NCBI GenBank assembly: GCA_964354155.1
Contig: CAYGYG010000007.1
Location: 49,903-113,902 of the forward strand
DNA: 64,000 nucleotides
Source: an uncultured bacterium
Lineage (GTDB): Bacteria; Hydrothermota; Tepidihabitantia; SM23-42; CAYGYG01
Direction: 5' to 3'
Under the pieces are notes generated by a model. It saw nothing but the letters and a program-made list of their open reading frames with translations. It did no database searches and had not been told where the DNA came from. The position numbers and the translations under genes were made by a program. Shown here in pieces: positions 1 through 8,341 of this stretch (position 1 is its first letter; each line of letters begins with the position of its first letter).

Positions 1-1900
1 GACCAATTTCCGAGGCGTGTGGAAAACGGTCAACGGCGGGGCTTCGGACTGGATTGCGTGCAACAATGGTCTGGCTACGTCAGCGCAAAGAATCGCCTAC
101 GGCAGTGTCCACCCCAATCAGCCCAACAACCTCTGCATTCTTGCTTCAGGGGTGGGTATCTTCAAGTCAACCGACGGCGGCGGCCTCTGGGTCTCAAAGA
201 ACGCCGGCAATCCGGATTCGACAAGGATCAGCTGTTTTGAAAGGCAGCCTCAAGACCCGAATGTGCTTTTTGCCGCGACCTCAAACGGATTCATATACCG
301 GAGCACTGACAACGCCGAGACCTGGACCTGCCTGAATACCGGCAACGCGCTGCCGGTCAACCTGCGCGCCATGATAATCGACCCGAGAGATGTCAACCTG
401 ATGTATGCCGGTGCCAACGGTCAGAATCAGTTCTGGAAGAGCACGAACGGCGGTGTCAACTGGGCGCTCAAGAACAACGGGATCGTCGGCTTCGGCGGAT
501 GGATTCACGGTCTGACCATTGACCCGACGAACTCGGCGGTGCTGTATCTGAACGGGTACTCAGGTGCAATAATGAAGAGCACGGACCGCGGTGAGAACTG
601 GTTCTTTGCCGGCACTGGCATAGGACAGGAGATCAATGCGATAAATATCGACTACACGAATCCCAGCACCATCTATGCGGCAGGGATAGGCTGGATCGGC
701 GGTTCCGGCGTCTGGAAGAGTACCGACAAGGGTCTGACCTGGGCCAGGCTGACCGGTGGCTTCCCAACCGACCGGCCTTATCCATCGATCCAGGCAATGG
801 CTATGGATCCCGCAGATCCTCACATCCTGTACGTCGGCGGGTGGCCGATGAGCGGATTTGCGCCCATCGGCGTATACAAGACAACGGACGGTGGTGCAAA
901 ATGGGATTCAACCAATACGGGTCTGGGCAGTAGGGAGATCAGGGCGCTGGCGATTGATCCATTGAATCCAAGTACGGTATATGCAGCCACGGCCGGTGGT
1001 TTGTTCAAGACGAAAGACGGCGGTGCAAAATGGGATTCGACCAAACTGCTTACCCCGCTGGTCAGGTCACTGGCCATTGATCCTAAGGATACCAATGTCG
1101 TGTACGCGGGATTATATGGGGTAGCCACAGTCAGCAAGAGCACGGACGGCGGCGAGACTTGGAACGGCACGCGCCTGGCCGACGGCGATAGTACGGTAGT
1201 ATGTATTGCCATCGCTAGGGCGAACTCGAATATCATATACGCTGGAACCGTAGGTGATAATGCCGGCGTCTACGTTTACAAATCAACTGACGCAGGGCAA
1301 GCATGGCAAAAGAAAAGCAGTGGTCTGCCAAAGCTGCAGGATCCTGACAGCATGCGTTGGCATAGACCCAAAGGCCTGAATACTCTGGCCATCGATCCCT
1401 TCAATCCCAATGTTGTGTATGCAGGCGTTGCGCTTGAAGGCGGTATCTACAGAACTACTGATGGCGGTGAGAACTGGAGTGCGATGAACAGCGGCTATGA
1501 CGGGTTCCCGTTTACGGACAAACTGGTTATTGATCCTGCAGATCGGAAAACCTTGTATGCCGGGTCATATGCCGGGGTTTGGTCCTACACGGCCTTGACC
1601 ACGCCCGAGCCGGCCCCGGATACGAACCAGGCCGTGGCATTTCCCAACCCGGCCCGGGGCAATCGCGTGACCTTCGCCTACCATCTTGAGTTCAATGCCG
1701 AGGTGAGACTGAAAGTCTATGGCCTGTCCAAAGAGCTTGTCGCATCAGTAATCGAGCAAAAGACGGCCGGCGATTGCAGCACGGTGCTGGATATCACCGA
1801 CATTCGACCCGGAGTGTATTTCTTCCAGATCACGACCAAAAACGAGACCACGGATGAAATCGAGCATTGGAAGCGCCAGAGACTGGCGATAATCCGCTAA
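1..1900 (+). CDS. BNR/Asp-box repeat (sialidase/sortilin-like) secreted protein with T9SS C-terminal sorting domain; 5' partial (continues upstream of window)
   Basis: The 627-aa ORF has at least 10 'S/T-x-D-x-G-x-T/N-W' Asp-box motifs (KSTDGGGLW, RSTDNAETW, KSTNGGVNW, KTTDGGAKW and others). Its C-terminal ~80 aa match the conserved T9SS sorting-domain pattern (FPNPA...YDL.G..V...G.YF....T.). The reading frame stays open up to position 1, so the start lies upstream. Confidence 0.7.
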   Translation, partial: TNFRGVWKTVNGGASDWIACNNGLATSAQRIAYGSVHPNQPNNLCILASGVGIFKSTDGGGLWVSKNAGNPDSTRISCFERQPQDPNVLFAATSNGFIYRSTDNAETWTCLNTGNALPVNLRAMIIDPRDVNLMYAGANGQNQFWKSTNGGVNWALKNNGIVGFGGWIHGLTIDPTNSAVLYLNGYSGAIMKSTDRGENWFFAGTGIGQEINAINIDYTNPSTIYAAGIGWIGGSGVWKSTDKGLTWARLTGGFPTDRPYPSIQAMAMDPADPHILYVGGWPMSGFAPIGVYKTTDGGAKWDSTNTGLGSREIRALAIDPLNPSTVYAATAGGLFKTKDGGAKWDSTKLLTPLVRSLAIDPKDTNVVYAGLYGVATVSKSTDGGETWNGTRLADGDSTVVCIAIARANSNIIYAGTVGDNAGVYVYKSTDAGQAWQKKSSGLPKLQDPDSMRWHRPKGLNTLAIDPFNPNVVYAGVALEGGIYRTTDGGENWSAMNSGYDGFPFTDKLVIDPADRKTLYAGSYAGVWSYTALTTPEPAPDTNQAVAFPNPARGNRVTFAYHLEFNAEVRLKVYGLSKELVASVIEQKTAGDCSTVLDITDIRPGVYFFQITTKNETTDEIEHWKRQRLAIIR

Positions 1901-1912
1901 GGGAGGATTGAG

Positions 1913-2797
1913 ATGAAAACGATCATTGCCTTATTCCTGCTGATACCGGCGGTGGCACTTGCTGACCAGAGCGGCATGGAGTTCCTCAAGATCGGGGTCG
2001 GGGCAAGACCGATGGCTATGGGCGGTGCCTATGTTGGGTTTGCCGAAGGTGCCGAAGCCGGTTACTGGAACCCGGCCGGCCTGACCCAGATCGAGCACAT
2101 CGAGTTGTCCGCGACGCATCTTCAGTGGTCGACCGACGTGATGTATGAATTCCTGACCTACGGGCAGAAGCTTCCTGGTATCGGTTCGGTCGGCGCCAGT
2201 CTGTTCTATCTTGACGTCGGCGAGATCGACGCCCGGGATGATTTCGGTCAGGTGCTGCCGGTGATTACCGCCTACGACGCCTGCGGTATGGTCTCCTTCG
2301 CGCGGGCGATAAACCCGATGCTGAGTGCGGGCCTGAGTGTGAAGGGATTCCAGGAGAAGATCGGCGACGATGCGACTTCGGGCTTTGCGGTCGACGTCGG
2401 CGGCCTTGTCCGCTTGGCCAAGGTCAGTGTCGGTTTCAACGTCCAGAACCTCGGTATGAAGATGAAGTTCGTGGATGAGGAATTCTCCTTGCCGATGACC
2501 GGGCGGTTGGGCGTGGCCTTTCGTCCGCTGCCAGCATTGGCCCTGGCTCTTGACGGCGACTATCAGATCGTCAACGAGCGAGGCGCGGTGCATTTTGGCG
2601 GCGAGTACTGGATCAAAGAGATGGTGGCGGTCCGGGCCGGCTATCAGTACAAGAACAAAGACGATGAACTGGGGCTTCTGAACGGCCTGGGTGCCGGCTT
2701 GGGCGTTAAGTACATGAAGTTCGGTGTCGACTACGGTTATGAGCCTTCGCCTGAGTTGGGCGATATCCATCGCATCTCTCTGAAAGTCAGTCTGTAG
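1913..2797 (+). CDS. PorV/PorQ-family-like outer-membrane beta-barrel protein (T9SS-associated), putative
   Basis: It has a signal peptide and the N-terminal motif 'FLKIGVGARPMAMGGAYVGFAEGAEAGYWNPAGL', which is typical of the PorV/PorQ family. The rest shows beta-barrel-like alternating hydrophobicity. A GGAGG ribosome-binding site lies 7 nt upstream of the ATG. Confidence 0.5.
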   Translation: MKTIIALFLLIPAVALADQSGMEFLKIGVGARPMAMGGAYVGFAEGAEAGYWNPAGLTQIEHIELSATHLQWSTDVMYEFLTYGQKLPGIGSVGASLFYLDVGEIDARDDFGQVLPVITAYDACGMVSFARAINPMLSAGLSVKGFQEKIGDDATSGFAVDVGGLVRLAKVSVGFNVQNLGMKMKFVDEEFSLPMTGRLGVAFRPLPALALALDGDYQIVNERGAVHFGGEYWIKEMVAVRAGYQYKNKDDELGLLNGLGAGLGVKYMKFGVDYGYEPSPELGDIHRISLKVSL

Positions 2798-2856
2798 AAA
2801 GAATATCGGGCCAGGGCTGTATGGCCCTGGCCCGAATGTTTAAGGAGGCACGAATC

Positions 2857-3891
2857 TTGAGAAAGACCTGGCTGGGTGTTCTGCTTCTGGCATCGGTGGT
2901 CTGGTGCGTGAACCTGGACAGCCTGTATCAATCGGCCCAGCCCGGCGAAGGCTATGATAGGCTGCTCACATTGGATTCGCTCCAGACATATGAAGGTGGA
3001 TTCACGGCTCTAGAAGGGAAGAAGTCCGGTATGAAGGGGTTTGGAGCGATCATAGACTTGAGCCGTGGTGCCGTGCATCAAATCGCTGCCAAAGGTAGTG
3101 GAACGGTTCTTGATATGGCGCGCTGCGTAATCATTAATGGCGCAGACGTTCTGGCGGCCTTGGATTACAGTGATAGCGTCTCGGGGAGGCTTGACCATTT
3201 GACACTGGTCGGGGGCTACAACGGCATACAGTTTTGGCACGGGGAAAGCCTTATTCTCAGAAACAGCATAGTTGTGAATAGTTCGAATTATGGCGTGGTG
3301 ACGCATGATAGTTGTCTCACTTGTTTCTTAATTTCTTACAACGACGTCTGGAGTAATCAAAGAGGTAACTACATGTGCTGGTTTGGCTCTTGTTGAGAGC
3401 CCTATTGGGGAGAGTTCTCCCCATCTCCAGGTACGGGCAATATTAGTACGGATCCGATATTCGTTGACGCAGCCAATGCCAACTATCGGCTTAAAGAAGG
3501 TTCTCCATGTGAAAATCGTGCCGATGACGGTTACAACATGGGGGCGTACCTTGGCGTTTGGAAAGAACCGCCTAAACCCGACACGATTGTGATGAGTCAG
3601 GTCAACCAGAATCGGCCGAATCCTTTCAATAACAACACGCTGATAACGTATCAGATTCTTTCCAGAAGAAGCTCGGCTAACGTTGCCCTCGTAGTCTACA
3701 ACAATCGCGGCCAACGGGTCCGAACTTTGGTCTCGGAAGTGAAGACCAATGGAACGTACTATACGTACTGGAATGGCAAAGACGAAAGTGGCCAACCGGT
3801 AAGCTCGGGTTTCTACTTCTGTTGCCTCCGGGTGGGAAGTGAATACGTGTCATCGATCAAAATGCTGTGGGTAGTGCCGGTAACAAGATAG
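2857..3891 (+). CDS. Right-handed beta-helix (pectate-lyase-fold) secreted protein with T9SS C-terminal domain; single in-frame TGA at 3394-3396 (candidate selenocysteine codon or nonsense mutation)
   Basis: A TTG start at 2857 lies 8 nt after an AAGGAGG ribosome-binding site and is followed by a signal peptide. ORFs 2821-3396 and 3538-3891 share frame 1. Translation across the TGA is continuous (...YMCWFGSC-U-EPYWGEFSPSPGTGNISTDPIFVDAANANYRLKEGSPCENRADDGYN...), a typical beta-helix C-terminus, and there is no start for the downstream part. The C-terminal domain matches the T9SS sorting-domain pattern. Confidence 0.5.
3407..3422 (+). promoter_or_regulatory. SECIS-like hairpin downstream of in-frame TGA (GGGGAG-AGTT-CTCCCC)
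   Basis: It has a perfect 6-bp GC-rich stem and a 4-nt G-containing loop. The loop lies 17-20 nt 3' of the TGA at 3394. Confidence 0.3.
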
Positions 3892-3900
3892 GAATGAGCG

Positions 3901-4923
3901 GTGAAGACGTATTCAATGCCTAGAATCTGGCTCATGGTTTCTGTTTCATGCTGCTTTCTCGGGGCGAGTCAGCGAGCCGGTGCGGGATTCCTCCTGATAT
4001 GGCCCGGCGCGCGATCCACGTCCATGGCCGGGGCTTTTTCAGCGATCGCTGATGATGCCACAGCTTGTTACTATAATCAGGCGGGCCTGGCTTTTATGAA
4101 CGGTATTAACGCTTCCCTGCAACACTGTAACTGGCTGCCGGGGCTGGACAAGGGAATGTATTATGAATATGCCGGCGTCACCAAGTCGTTCACTAAGGGA
4201 ACAGCGGGAATCGATATTATCTATTTAACGACTGGTGAAACCAGCGTAGTGGGCGGTGACGGCACTCCGCAGGGAACATGTAAGGCCTTTGATATGGCCG
4301 CGGGTGTAAACTACGGCTTGAAGTTGAACCCGCGTCTGGGCATCGGTGCTGGTTGGAAGTTCATTTATTCATATCTGGTTGCTCCCTGGGTCTGGACGGC
4401 CATTCCAGATCTGCAGATAAGAGGCGGGGGAGTAGGATTGTCTTTCGCTTTCGACCTGGGGATGCTTTACAAACCCTCTGATTTATTCTCGTTCTCGACG
4501 GCCTTGCAGAACATCGGACCGAATATCAAGTACTGTGAAACCTCTACGGCAGATCCTTTGCCCTATACTCTCCGATTGGGTTTCAAACTCCAGCCCATCG
4601 AAACCAAAGCGATCAAGGGCACCCTTACGGCGGATATTACTAAAGTACTGGCGGGAATGTTTGGCTACCCCGACAAGAGCTCGCGCGAGAAGCTGAACTA
4701 TGAATTCAAAGAGGCCTGGAAGAGTGTTGGCCTTGAACTCAGCTACTTCGGCTTTGCCTTCATACGAGGCGGCTATTTCTCTGACTACGAGGGGTGCAGG
4801 AACGGATTCACATACGGTGCTGGGATCAAAGTCAAGGGATTTTCCCTGGACGTTGGAATAGACCAGGACCTCTATGGATTCAGCACCACCAACCAGAAGT
4901 TTTCCCTGTCCTGCCTACTTTAG
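3901..4923 (+). CDS. PorV/PorQ-family-like outer-membrane beta-barrel protein (second paralog), putative
   Basis: It has a signal peptide and the same N-terminal motif as the 1913-2797 paralog (GARSTSMAGAFSAIADDATACYYNQAGLA). It ends in an aromatic/hydrophobic C-terminal beta-strand (FSLSCLL). Confidence 0.5.
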   Translation: MKTYSMPRIWLMVSVSCCFLGASQRAGAGFLLIWPGARSTSMAGAFSAIADDATACYYNQAGLAFMNGINASLQHCNWLPGLDKGMYYEYAGVTKSFTKGTAGIDIIYLTTGETSVVGGDGTPQGTCKAFDMAAGVNYGLKLNPRLGIGAGWKFIYSYLVAPWVWTAIPDLQIRGGGVGLSFAFDLGMLYKPSDLFSFSTALQNIGPNIKYCETSTADPLPYTLRLGFKLQPIETKAIKGTLTADITKVLAGMFGYPDKSSREKLNYEFKEAWKSVGLELSYFGFAFIRGGYFSDYEGCRNGFTYGAGIKVKGFSLDVGIDQDLYGFSTTNQKFSLSCLL

Positions 4924-5063
4924 ATAATAGGATTACCAAATAAGAAGTGATGATACGGTTTGTTTCAATCAAAAACAGGGGAAAGCTGGATAAGGCGAAG
5001 ACAGCTTGAAAAGAATGGTCAAATCTTTTCATCAAGCAATCTGTTAGGAAGGCGAGAACCGGC

Positions 5064-5528
5064 ATGAAAAAAAGCGTCAAAGCCTATTTGTTGACACGCT
5101 TCAAGAACATCAAATGGGATGAGTATGGCCCAGATGTGGAGGCCGATCCACTAACTCATTGGCCGGACATAAAGGCCTGCGTGGAATCATCCTACTATCG
5201 CCATCCGGAGATACAACAGCATTGTCATACCGGCAGGAAGCCGGCGAAATTCGAGTGCACCGAGAGGTTTCTTAAGTCCTTAGAGAGATATTGCACAACA
5301 AAGAGCCTGAGATTGAGGCTGATTGATGCCTTGACTAAAAAGATATATGGAGTAGCGTGCAGTGGTTTGCGTGATGCACCAATCAAGGAAAGAAATGATC
5401 TTTGGCATTTCTACGTGTCTGCTTCGTGGCGGGTATTCTACCGCAAGAGCAATGATGGCCTGGTCTTTGAAGAATTCTGTCCGCATAAGAAGGTGCCGTA
5501 CTACCGGCGGCCCCGAGCGAGTCATTGA
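5064..5528 (+). CDS. RelE/ParE/HigB-superfamily toxin-like protein with N-terminal extension (putative)
   Basis: The C-terminal block 'LWHFYVSASWRVFYRKSNDGLVFEEFCPHKKV' resembles the RelE/ParE core (W..R..yRVIYR...DG.v.vL.igHRKdvY). It sits in a locally AT-rich stretch (about 4930-5760). Confidence 0.3.
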   Translation: MKKSVKAYLLTRFKNIKWDEYGPDVEADPLTHWPDIKACVESSYYRHPEIQQHCHTGRKPAKFECTERFLKSLERYCTTKSLRLRLIDALTKKIYGVACSGLRDAPIKERNDLWHFYVSASWRVFYRKSNDGLVFEEFCPHKKVPYYRRPRASH

Positions 5529-5938
5529 CTTCTCGGTCCTCGAATTCTGACCAGAAAGAAAGGCTCGACTTGACCGGACCTCGTATAGATGGAACGGGGA
5601 CGGATCTTCTTCTACCCTGGGCGTCAGCGCACTTACCTTACTGTCAGAGAGAAGATCTTTGCCGAAGCAACAGGGAAATGAAGACACGTCCCTGTCTTCA
5701 AGGGTCACTTGAATCTTTACAGGGGCACGGTTATGAATATAATACTGTATGATTCTTGATCGCGCAGAGCTCGAGAAGCACGAAAACGAATGGCGCAGGA
5801 AGAGTGCTCTCGATTTCAAGCGGAACCGGGCACTGTTTGAATCTATGTATCAAGAGGCACTCGTGCTTGGTGTCTTGCCGGATGACCACCCTTTGGAAGG
5901 CATAGAAGTTGACATCAGAATCGCCAGGATCCTGAACA

Positions 5939-6493
5939 GTGTTTCAGAGCCTGCTTAAGCGCCTTGCGCGCGGCCTGAGCCGGGCTCGCATTCCCTACAT
6001 GGTGATCGGCGGGCAAGCTGTGCTTTTATATGGCGAGCCGCGGCTGACCAGGGACATCGACGTTACTCTCGGGCTGGGCGTTGGGGAAGTTGATCGTGTT
6101 GTGACCGTGACCGAGCGTCTTGGTCTCAAGACAATCATCAGGAATTACCGTGCATTCGTGAACAAGACGATGGTGTTGCCGGTAATTGAGCCCAGGACGA
6201 GCATCCGCGTTGATTTCATATTCTCATTTACCGAATACGAAAGGCAGGCGATAAGTCGTTCGCGCCGGGTAAGGCTGGGCAACACGGGCGTCAGGTTCGC
6301 CTCCCTGGAGGACCTCATAATCCACAAGGTTATGGCTGGCCGGCCCAGGGATATCGAAGATGTCCAATCGATAATACTCAGAACTCCCAAGTACGATGTA
6401 CGGTATGTCACGAAATGGTTGAAGATACTGGAGCGGAATGTGGACGAAGAGCTGGTGCGCACATTCCGTCGAGTGATCAGGCAGAAGAACTGA
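5939..6493 (+). CDS. Nucleotidyltransferase-fold protein (AbiEii/DUF1814-like minimal NTase), putative toxin/antitoxin-module component
   Basis: It carries an 'IGGQAVLLYGEPRLTRDIDVTL' NTase motif (GG.A...yG..R.T.DiDv) and a C-terminal 'LEDLIIHKVMAGRPRDIEDVQSII' block. It overlaps an upstream 69-aa ORF (5749-5958) that could be its partner. Confidence 0.4.
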   Translation: MFQSLLKRLARGLSRARIPYMVIGGQAVLLYGEPRLTRDIDVTLGLGVGEVDRVVTVTERLGLKTIIRNYRAFVNKTMVLPVIEPRTSIRVDFIFSFTEYERQAISRSRRVRLGNTGVRFASLEDLIIHKVMAGRPRDIEDVQSIILRTPKYDVRYVTKWLKILERNVDEELVRTFRRVIRQKN

Positions 6494-6521
6494 ATCTGGC
6501 AGTATTGATCGAGGAGGTCTG

Positions 6522-6848
6522 ATGTCAAAACAGAAAGCGATCATCGGGCTGGGGTTGTTGCTTGTGCTCGTTCTGGTGTCCGCAGGCTGTGCGCCGGGCA
6601 ACGAGCGGTGGAATCAGGATTTGAATCCTGGCCACCGCGCCGGGTTCTGGGCTGGACTCTGGCATGGCTTGATTATTGTCATAACCTTTGTGGTCAGTCT
6701 CTTCACCAGGGAAGTGAATATCTATGAAGTGAATAATGCCGGCTGGCCCTATAATCTCGGTTTTATTATCGGGTTGTGTTTTTCTTTCCTTGCGCCCTGG
6801 CGTCGGGGCATCTTCCGGAAGAAAAAACCGCAACCATCAGCCAGCTAA
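6522..6848 (+). CDS. Small lipoprotein/membrane protein, hypothetical
   Basis: It has a signal peptide with lipobox LVSAGC and two predicted transmembrane helices. Confidence 0.4.
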   Translation: MSKQKAIIGLGLLLVLVLVSAGCAPGNERWNQDLNPGHRAGFWAGLWHGLIIVITFVVSLFTREVNIYEVNNAGWPYNLGFIIGLCFSFLAPWRRGIFRKKKPQPSAS

Positions 6849-6882
6849 GTTGCTTCAAACGGCAATATGCGGCCAGTCCTGA

Positions 6883-8181
6883 TTACGGACCGGTGGGTTT
6901 GAACAAGCGGTAGGTGCTTCGACCGGACGCTTTGGCCCGGTACATGGCAATGTCGGCGTTCTTGACCAGCTCTTCAGTGTTCTTGCCGTCCGACGGATAG
7001 AGGCTGATGCCGATGCTGGCCGTGACCCGTAGTGTCCGGCGTTCGAATCTGAAAGGGCGGCCAAAAGCGACTAGGATCTTGCGGGCGACCTTTGTCGCAT
7101 CGGCATGACTCTGCAACTCGGGTATGACAAATGCAAATTCATCACCGCCCAGCCTGGCTACGGTGTCCATCTTTCGAACGCGTGCCCTCAGACGTTTGGC
7201 TACGGATTTGAGCAAACGGTCGCCGATGGTGTGCCCAAGCTCATCGTTGACGTTCTTGAAGTAGTCGATGTCGAGCAGCATTACGGCAACAATCTTGTGG
7301 TAGCGTTCGGCCGCCGAAATCGCGTGACCCAGTCGATCCTGGAACAGCACACGATTGAGCAATCCAGTTAGCATATCGTGATGCGCCAGGAAATTGAGGC
7401 GAGCTTCAGTCTTCTTGCGGTCGGTGATGTCCCTTTGGATTGCGAGAAACCCCACGATGGCGCCGTCGCGGTCATAGATCGGATTAGCTGAGCCGTCGAT
7501 ATTGAGGAACGCACCGGATTTTGTTTTGTTGATGAACTCGCCGCGCACGACTTGACCGCCAAGGATGTTTTTCCAGAAAGCGCGGTAGTGGTGAGGTTGC
7601 ATCTTCCCACTTTTCAGGATGCGGGGCGTCTTCTTATTCACGACTTCCCGCGCCTTGAACCCGTAGAGCTTTGTAAACGCGGGATTGATGTAAGTGACGA
7701 CGCCTTTCCGGTCGGTCATGAAGATTGCCTCGCCCGATGCCTCAACTGCCTGTTGCAGCTTGATGAGTTCTTGTTCGAGTTTCTTACGGGAGACGATGTT
7801 TCGCGCCACATGGATCACGTAGGCGACCCGGCCCTTCGCGTCTTTGATCGGCGAGGCCGAAACTTCGAAGGGAACTCGCTGACGGTTGCGCAGGATGTGC
7901 ACGTGTTCGAACAATGAAGACCGCGCCGTCTTCACGGTCTGCACCAGGGGGCAGGGGTGGCCGGGCGGCCGGCACGACGTCTTGCGGTTATGTGTAATCT
8001 CGTAGCAATGTCGACCGATGACTTGATGTCTCTTCAGGCCAACCTGCCTGAGAAACGCGCGGTTTGCGTCGACAATGCGATAGTTGCTGACATCAATAAT
8101 GCTTATTCCCTCCTGGATGCTATTAAGGATCTTTGAACAGAAGTTGGGCGGATACAGAGGTTTGTCTAGGTTTCGTGCCAT
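6883..8181 (-). CDS. PAS-PAS-GGDEF diguanylate cyclase
   Basis: It has two PAS-like segments (GISIIDVSNYRIVDANRAFL...; GEAIFMTDRKGVVTYINPAFTKLYGF...). Its GGDEF domain shows RLGGDEFAFVI, so the active site is intact. Confidence 0.85.
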   Translation of the reverse strand: MARNLDKPLYPPNFCSKILNSIQEGISIIDVSNYRIVDANRAFLRQVGLKRHQVIGRHCYEITHNRKTSCRPPGHPCPLVQTVKTARSSLFEHVHILRNRQRVPFEVSASPIKDAKGRVAYVIHVARNIVSRKKLEQELIKLQQAVEASGEAIFMTDRKGVVTYINPAFTKLYGFKAREVVNKKTPRILKSGKMQPHHYRAFWKNILGGQVVRGEFINKTKSGAFLNIDGSANPIYDRDGAIVGFLAIQRDITDRKKTEARLNFLAHHDMLTGLLNRVLFQDRLGHAISAAERYHKIVAVMLLDIDYFKNVNDELGHTIGDRLLKSVAKRLRARVRKMDTVARLGGDEFAFVIPELQSHADATKVARKILVAFGRPFRFERRTLRVTASIGISLYPSDGKNTEELVKNADIAMYRAKASGRSTYRLFKPTGP

Positions 8182-8341
8182 AGGCGAGCCGAATTATGCT
8201 CGCCAGGACATAAAAATCAAGAGAAATGAGCGCTGACCCCATTATTTCTCTTGACAATTGCCGAATTCCGAGCATCATTATTCTCAGTCTCAGATTCAGA
8301 GTAGCCGTGCGTGAACCGTAACAAACAAGTAAGGAGGTTTT

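Noticed and set aside
8182-8341. A cobalamin or other riboswitch was considered upstream of the corrinoid gene block and the Sec cargo gene.
   Set aside because: No B12-box, GEMM-like or other recognisable riboswitch core was seen in 8182-8341 or 9371-9583. Only promoter-like hexamers were found.
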